A DNA stretch of 28,834 nt. Source: Octopus sinensis. Taxonomy: Eukaryota. This document shows, in pieces, positions 22,163 through 28,834 of this stretch (positions are counted from its first letter, which is position 1; every line of letters starts with the position of its first letter). The DNA lies in assembly GCF_006345805.1 (NCBI RefSeq), contig NW_021827593.1, positions 1 to 28,834 of the forward strand, given 5' to 3'. Both the position numbers and the translations under genes were made by a program. The notes under the pieces are model-generated. The model was not told the origin of the DNA. It made no database searches and worked only from the letters and a program-made list of their open reading frames with translations.

Positions 22163-22537
22163 ATTACATGGAAAAATGCGAGCAAGAGAAATAATATTCT
22201 TCAGATGATAAACCTGGAAAATTACAAGACAAGTTATTACACTTGGAAATGAGGACAACTTAGTACAGAACAAGAAAATGTTTACTTAAAATATTGCAGC
22301 TAACGCTAAAATTTGAATATTTATAATGTTACTTTGTAAATTAGAATCAAATAAATTATTCAATATTCAAATTTTATCGTTAGTTGCAATATTTCAAGTA
22401 AAAATTTTCTCGTCCTGTACTTTAACAGATGTAATAAGTTGACCCGAATTTTTCCAAATGTAATAACTTGTCCTGTAATTTTCCAGGTTTATAATCTTAA
22501 GAATATTATTTCTCTTGTTCGCATTTTCCCATGTAAT
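22163..22537. mobile_element. Foldback (palindromic) element, 375 bp
   Basis: Arms 22163-22321 and 22362-22537 are reverse complements (outer ~85 bp with about 6 mismatches); ~40-bp loop. Confidence 0.85.
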
Positions 22538-22694
22538 AACTATTTAATCGGCAGAGGTTAGAAAATTACTCAAAAGACAAGAGTTTCGTGTACTGACATT
22601 TATTAAACTGCTTTGAGTTGGCTAAGCGCGAATTCACGAATCTTACCGTCTTTGAGTCACAGTCCAGCTGCAGCCGATCGAATGATATAAATGT

Positions 22695-22870
22695 TATTCT
22701 TCCATGTTTCAACCATTGCACTATGGCAATTCTGGAGCATTTCATTGTACGGTGCGTCGAACAAATCGACTCCACTGCCTGTTTTTAAGTTTGGTATTTA
22801 TTCTACCTTATCTTTTGACCAGCCGCTATGTTACAGGAACGTAAACAAACAAGCATCGGTTGTCAAGCAG
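22695..22870 (-). mobile_element. Diverged SINE A 3' half
   Basis: GTCGAACAAATCGAC...CCGCTATGTTAC...GCATCGGTTGTCAAGC. Confidence 0.75.
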
Positions 22871-22908
22871 TAAGAAACGAGCACCCACTCAGATAGGTGT
22901 AGTCTTAT

Positions 22909-23518
22909 TAGACTTATTCTTTGTGAGCCTGGTACTTATTTTATCGGTTCCTTTTGTCGAACCGCTAAGTTACGGGGACGTAAACATACCAAGATAGGTT
23001 GTCAAGCGATGATAGGGTGACAAATACAAACACATAAATATAAATAAAAATAATAATAAATATATATATATATAATAATATGTTACAATTACTCAATAGT
23101 CAAGATAAAACTGAGTTTCAGATGCCGAAGTGGAAATCCACAACACCATCTCTTCGGTTATCTGGTCATCTGAAAAACGCTATGAAAAAATACCGTTATA
23201 TAAAGGGAAATTACTGTGTAATAATTCTGCTACTTATATAAATTAAGATTTCCTCTATTTACATAATATTGAGGTCTCTTTCTTTCTTTTGTTATCTTAC
23301 CGTTTTTACCAATATATATATATATATATATATAACAGGCTTCTTTCAGTTTCCGTCAACCAAATCCGCTTAAAAGGCTTTGGTGCCACGCTGTGAGACT
23401 GAACACGAAACTGAGGCTATAGTAGAAGACACTTGCCCAAGGTGTCACGCAGGGGAACTGGACCCAGAACTATGTGGTTGGGAAGCAAGCTTCTTACCAC
23501 ACAGCCACGCCTGAGCCT
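22909..23518 (-). mobile_element. SINE A split by a Penelope-like fragment
   Basis: 3' part 22909-23035 and 5' part 23335-23518 flank an insert in the internal (TA)n. Confidence 0.85.
23080..23311 (-). mobile_element. Penelope-like terminal fragment with variant hammerhead
   Basis: Minus strand AGATAA-CCGAAGA-GATG...CATC-T-GAAA-CTCAG-TT-TTATCT (23163-23103); (TA)n flanks. Confidence 0.65.
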
Positions 23519-23745
23519 ATTTGTCCATAAATCAGGAAAATACATACTCTAGAAGAGAAATCGAGCGGTTATACTCATGTACATGTTAGCAGGCAGAATG
23601 TTTCCGATCTTTTCGCGCTGACCATTGCCCTTGGCCATATTGACGGCTCAATATTGTAAAGTGCAGTAAGCGACCGAAACCGGCGGATAACTTTCTTACC
23701 GAAGGCCCGAATTTTAACTCAGAACGTTGCGTCAGACGAAATACC

Positions 23746-24159
23746 TATTTCTTTACAACCCACAAGGGGCTAAACACAGAAGGGACAAGCAAGGACAGAC
23801 AAACGGATTAAGTCGATTATATCGACCCTAGTGCGTAACTGGTACTTATGTAATCGACCCCGAAAGAATGACAGGCAAAGTCGACCTCGGCGGAATTTGA
23901 ACTCAGAACATAACGGCAGACGAAATACCTATTTCTTTACTACCCACAAGGGACTAAACACAGAGGGAACAAACAAGAACAAACGGAATAAATCGATTAC
24001 ATCGACCCCAGTGCGTAACTGGTACTTAATTTATCGACCCCGAAAGGATGAAAGGCAAAGTCGACCTCGGCGGAATTTGAACTCAGAACGTAACGGCAGA
24101 CGAAATACCGCTAAGCATTTCGCCCGGCGTGCTAACGTTCCTGCCAGCTCGCCGCCCTT
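23746..24159 (-). mobile_element. SINE B dimer flanked by a 77-bp direct repeat
   Basis: Units of about 180-184 bp; direct repeat 23669-23745 and 24160-24236 with 6 mismatches. Confidence 0.9.
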
Positions 24160-24196
24160 AGCGACCGAAACCGTTGGATAACTTTCTTACCGAAGG

Positions 24197-24264
24197 CTCG
24201 AATTTGAACTCAGAACATTGCGGCAGACGAAATACCGCTAAACATTTCGCCCAGCTTGCTAACG
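24197..24264 (-). mobile_element. Older SINE B head fragment (insertion target)
   Basis: GAATTTGAACTCAGAAC...GAAATACCGCTAAACATTTCGCCC...GCTAACG. Confidence 0.8.
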
Positions 24265-24372
24265 CCCAATATTTAAGCACTATCACTTATAGCTTTATCT
24301 ATTTCGAGTTCCACCGTTAACGACTAACACACACAATTATATGACGCACTTACACACATACATATTGTGTGT

Positions 24373-24410
24373 GAGAGAGAGAGAGAGAGAGGGAGAGAGA
24401 GAGAAAGAGG

Positions 24411-24487
<77 letters not shown>

Positions 24488-24575
24488 AAAAGAGAAAGAG
24501 AGAGAGAAAGAGTGAGAGAGAAAGAGAGAAAGAGTGAGAGAGAGAGAAAAAAAGAGAAAGAGAGAGAGAGAGAAG
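24373..24575. repeat. (GA)n polypurine tract
   Basis: Direct reading. Confidence 0.97.
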
Positions 24576-24794
24576 CACACAGACGCGCCAATTACTCATA
24601 GATCTGTTAGCTGCGTATCCCAAACGCTTGCCTCCCATCTTGTCTTTACGAAACGATCATTAGAAAACAGAACCAAATTGAAAGAGTTTTCGATTCTTTA
24701 CTGCTGTAATATTAATTATTAGTTGAAATGGACATGAAATTGACCACTGACCAGCACTTCCTTTGATATCTGACATATACGATAGCCACTATAC

Positions 24795-24799
24795 AAACA

Positions 24800-24834
<35 letters not shown>

Positions 24835-25004
24835 CACACACACACACACACACACACATACACACACACACTCAAGTAGTTGGCCAAGAATTTGATTTCT
24901 GTCTTAAGAAAGCTGCCCTTCGGTTTAATATTCAAGACGAGTGTAGGTGTGTATACATTATGTAAATAGTTGCATGACGTGTGCGTGTGTGTGTGTGTGC
25001 GTGG

Positions 25005-25043
<39 letters not shown>

Positions 25044-25531
25044 CGTGTATATGTGATTGTATATGAATATGGACGTGTGCATATGTGTATTTGTATGTGT
25101 GCGTGTGTGTGGTTATACATACATGTTTATGTATATACGTTGGTATGTGTGTATATGTATACGTATGTTTGAACATGCATACATATGTACAAATGCATAT
25201 ATATATTTATATATATATATATACATACATACATACATACGCACTGATATCTGTGTGTCTATATGCATGTAGAATATGTACTTTCTTTCACATAAGTATG
25301 TGTATAAGTGTGTATACATATATGTGTGTGTATAAGCATGTAGACGTGTGTAAATGTGTGTGTTGATACATTTGTGTTAGTGGATGTTTGTAATTGCATA
25401 TAACATTATACATGAACATACACACACGCATATATATACATATATGCATGTGTGTGAATGTGTATGTGTGTATTTGTACTGGAGCATAGCTACGTGTATT
25501 CATCAGCTCATATGCCTGCGCATGTGTGCAG

Positions 25532-25563
<32 letters not shown>
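24795..25563. repeat. (CA)n and (TG)/(TA)n microsatellite field
   Basis: Direct reading. Confidence 0.93.
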
Positions 25564-25566
<3 letters not shown>

Positions 25567-25769
25567 AGTAAGTGCGCCAGAAAAGTCTCTCTTGAGAACA
25601 GAAACCAGATATTTATACATTAAATATTTGTATTTATCTGTGCCTGTCTGGTCACTGAAAATGGCCAATATGGCGACCTAAATTGAAATGCAAAACTGGC
25701 CAAGCAGATGTAATACAATTTTGTCTTCTGAGAATCGCCTGTAAAAGAACACGTAAACATCATCGCCAA

Positions 25770-25800
25770 CACTACTACAATTACTGCTGCTGCTACTACA

Positions 25801-25854
<54 letters not shown>

Positions 25855-25981
25855 GCTGCTATTACTACTACTACTACTGCTATGCTGCCGCTACTACTTA
25901 TGCAAGCCCCGATTCCGTTTCTTCCTCACCCGTACCACATCCAGTGTTCCAACCCTTAGCACCCGCCAGCGTTACCCACTG

Positions 25982-26021
<40 letters not shown>
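25770..26021. repeat. (CTA)n/(CTG)n triplet repeats
   Basis: Direct reading; gives the poly-Y pseudo-ORF. Confidence 0.93.
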
Positions 26022-26023
<2 letters not shown>

Positions 26024-26391
26024 TTTTACTTGTTTCAGTCATTCAACTGCGGCCATGCTGGAGCGCCGCCTTTAGTCAAGCAAATCGACCCCAGGACTTA
26101 TTCTTTGTAAGCCTAGTACTTATTCTATCGGTCTCTTTTGCCGAACCGCTATGTTACGGGGACGGAAACACACCAGCATCGGTTGTCAAGCGATGTCGTG
26201 GGACAAATACAGACACATATATATACAAATATATGAAAGGCTTCTTTCAGTTTCTGTCTACCAAATCCACTCATAAGGCTTTGGTCGGCCTGAGGCTATA
26301 GTAGAGGACACTTGGCCAAGATGCCACGCAGTGGGATTGAACCCGGAACCATGTAGTTGGTAAGCAAGCTACTTACCACACAGCCACTCCT
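26021..26391 (-). mobile_element. SINE family A, near full length
   Basis: Reverse-complement homology to 1123-1528. Confidence 0.9.
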
Positions 26392-26468
26392 AAATAATAA
26401 TAATAATAATAAATGCTTCCTACTATAGGCACAAGGCCTGGATTTTTTGAGGAGGGGGACAGTCGATC
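26392..26468 (-). mobile_element. 3' tail fragment of (TTA)n-type SINE B
   Basis: (AAT)n...CTACTATAGGCACAAGGCCTG...AGTCGAT matches 18853-18907. Confidence 0.7.
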
Positions 26469-27614
26469 ACTTAATACTATTACTGATACTGCTCAACCCC
26501 CACCAGTATTCCCAGTACTAGCCGCCGCCACCACCATTACTACTATTGCTACTACTATCACCACCATTACTACTATTGCCACTACTATCACCACCACTAA
26601 CACCACTTCTCTACAAATACTACTACTACTACTACTACTACCGCCTCATCCCTACCGCTTTGTCCAATATTTTATTCTTGAAAGGACCATCACCACCACC
26701 ATCAACACCACCACCGTGACTTCTTGCTCCGAAATTCATTCTGGCTTCAAAGTTCAAAGATATCCTAAAATCACCATTTAAAGTACGTCAGACTCTACCA
26801 ACACCAACAGCACCGTTATTCCCACCGGCACTACTTTATCTAGAACCCATACTAGCAAAAACCACAACGACGGCCGTATCCACTACCTGCAGCACTATTA
26901 TTTCCACCTACACAACTAAACTGCAGCCTATACTAACAAAACCACAACGACGTTCACGGCCATTACCACCAGCAACGCCAGCCACCAACAGCATCAACAA
27001 CAACATGAGGATGAAAAATGAATCGGTTCTGAGATTGATAATATGTATTGTAAACATTATTGTTATTGATTTTCCTCTAATCAGATCAATCAACCAATCG
27101 AAGCATAAAATACACACACACACACACACACACACGTATAGACACGCATACATAGGTTTACAGTCGTTATGTATACATAAATCACAAAGCGAGGTCGTTT
27201 GTATGTGTGTAAATTTATATACACAAATGTATGCAAGTGTGTACATGTGTGTGGATATGTGTATACGTGTGCCTATATGTACATTAGTATGTATACACGT
27301 ACATGTGTATATATGTATGTGTGTGTGTATGTGCGCATATCTGAGTAGATGTGTGCGTATTAATATATATATATATATATATATATATAACCCCTATCTT
27401 ACTTTGTACTATATATATACATACATGGGGTTCATGAAAGTATATACGTATATGTATAAACATTAATTAAAAACTAACATTTTACATCACCATATAAATG
27501 AGTTTCGCGTTACCGCTCTTCGATACAACTAAAGGCTTTATCATGCTTACATAAACGTTATACATTTGGTAAAAAACGATGTTTATAAATAACACAGAAG
27601 ACTTAAAATTCAAA

Positions 27615-27900
27615 TGCCTTGTGAGAGGATTTGGTAGACGGAAACTGAAAGAAGCCCGTCGTATATACATGTGTGTGTGTGTGTGTCTTTGTGCTTATTT
27701 TCCACCCCCGTCGCTGCTTGACAACCAGTGCTGGTGTGTTTACGTCCCCGTTACTTAGCGGCTCGGCGAAACTGATCGATAGAATAAGTACCAACCTTTA
27801 AAAAATAAGTACTAGGGGTCGATTCATTCGACTAAAATCCATGAAGGCGTGCCCCAGAATGGCCGCAGTCTAATGACTGAAGCAGGTAAAAAGTAAAAAG
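27615..27900 (+). mobile_element. 5'-truncated SINE family A
   Basis: GCCTTGTGAG.GGATTTGGTAGACGG through ATGACTGAAGCAGGTAAAAG. Confidence 0.85.
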
Positions 27901-27952
27901 ATTACCTTAAAATAAAGCTCAAAGCTTTGAGATTACAATGACGCTATTATTA

Positions 27953-28099
27953 GACTATGGCCATACTGGAGCACCACCTTGAAAGACTGTCCATCAAATC
28001 GGCCCCATTACATTTTTCTTTAATCAGGCAATGTTATATCAGTTTCCTACATCAAACTGCTCAGTCACGGGGAGGTAAGCAAGTCAGCACCCTTTGTCA

Positions 28100-28132
<33 letters not shown>

Positions 28133-28150
28133 ACATAACGGGTTTCCATG
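27953..28150 (-). mobile_element. Highly diverged SINE A fragment
   Basis: GGCCATACTGGAGCACCACCTT...CACGGGGA...TTGTCAA. Confidence 0.55.
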
Positions 28151-28443
28151 TTTATTGATTAGGGTTCCGGAGGAAGCAAGGAGAGGTTAGTTTGAATCTG
28201 AAATCCGGTCTGGTTGGAAAATTCTATGGTAGAACCCGGCTTCACACAAGCTCCTGGCCAAGGCCGGTATTCAAGTTAATTAGGTCGGAGTTTATTTTCC
28301 TGTATTGGCAGGCTTATCTGCTATTTGTAGTAGAAGGGTTCTTAATAAGCTCAACATATGTATATGTCATCTGTATGAATAGATAGATAGATACAGATAT
28401 ATCCTGTGTGTCTGCGTATATATATTAAATTTATAATTGTAAT

Positions 28444-28512
28444 ACTATACTGATGACGGAAATAAGGTATGAGTTATTTTACATATCTTTAATCCAGAAA
28501 CGCGTATATAGT
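28444..28512 (+). ncRNA. Minimal type I hammerhead ribozyme, core nucleotides intact
   Basis: ACTATA-CTGATGA-CGGA...TCCA-GAAA-CGCG-TA-TATAGT: perfect 6-bp helix I, palindromic helix III, GUA triplet; C·A mismatch at the base of helix II. Confidence 0.78.
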
Positions 28513-28607
28513 TAATCAAAGCCGAGTGGATTCGTTATTTTTTCTCTTTGCTTGTGTGAGTTGGGAGTATTGCTGTCTGGGAAATATCTTATGGTAGTAG
28601 AATAACT

Positions 28608-28834
28608 GTGTGTGTGTGTGTGTATATAAATATATATATATATAGAGAGAGAGAGGGAGAGAAAGCGAGATAGATAGCGAGAGAGAGTTATAGATATATA
28701 TCCTCTGTGTGTACATTTATATATATAGAGAGAAATATAGATATATCCTCTGTGTGTGTGTATGTGTGTGGTATATATATATATTATCATATATATATAT
28801 ATATATAATATATATATATATATAGAGAGAGAGA
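28608..28834. repeat. Compound (TG)/(TA)/(GA)n microsatellites
   Basis: Direct reading. Confidence 0.93.

Noticed and set aside
23717-24100. CRISPR-like or satellite array with ~180-bp period
   Set aside because: Units are SINE bodies with no unique spacers; eukaryotic context with no cas genes.
25660-25685. AAAATGGCC/AATATGGCG YY1-like motifs
   Set aside because: Short imperfect matches with no other support.

Overview
AT-rich eukaryotic intergenic or intronic DNA with no supportable host gene. The SINE families resemble those I recall from octopus genomes, so a cephalopod origin is an inference. The window is a mosaic of microsatellite fields; three modular tRNA-derived SINE families (A, B, C; about 25 copies or fragments); two 3' fragments of R4/Dong-type restriction-like-endonuclease LINEs ending in (TAA)n; a non-autonomous Helitron nested in a TIR element; a MITE with a 6-bp TSD and TTAGGG repeats; a 375-bp foldback element; and a ~1.03-kb tandem duplication. 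Nearly all ORF-track entries are repeat artefacts. Two signals stand out. (1) Six minimal type I hammerhead-ribozyme motifs sit in short cassettes, mostly microsatellite-flanked, that look like Penelope-like termini; two keep every core nucleotide and have unusually long helix II (5956-6048 minus, 28444-28512 plus). (2) The 3' end of SINE B repeatedly lands on GGTAYTT inside copies of its own family, once with a 77-bp target duplication.
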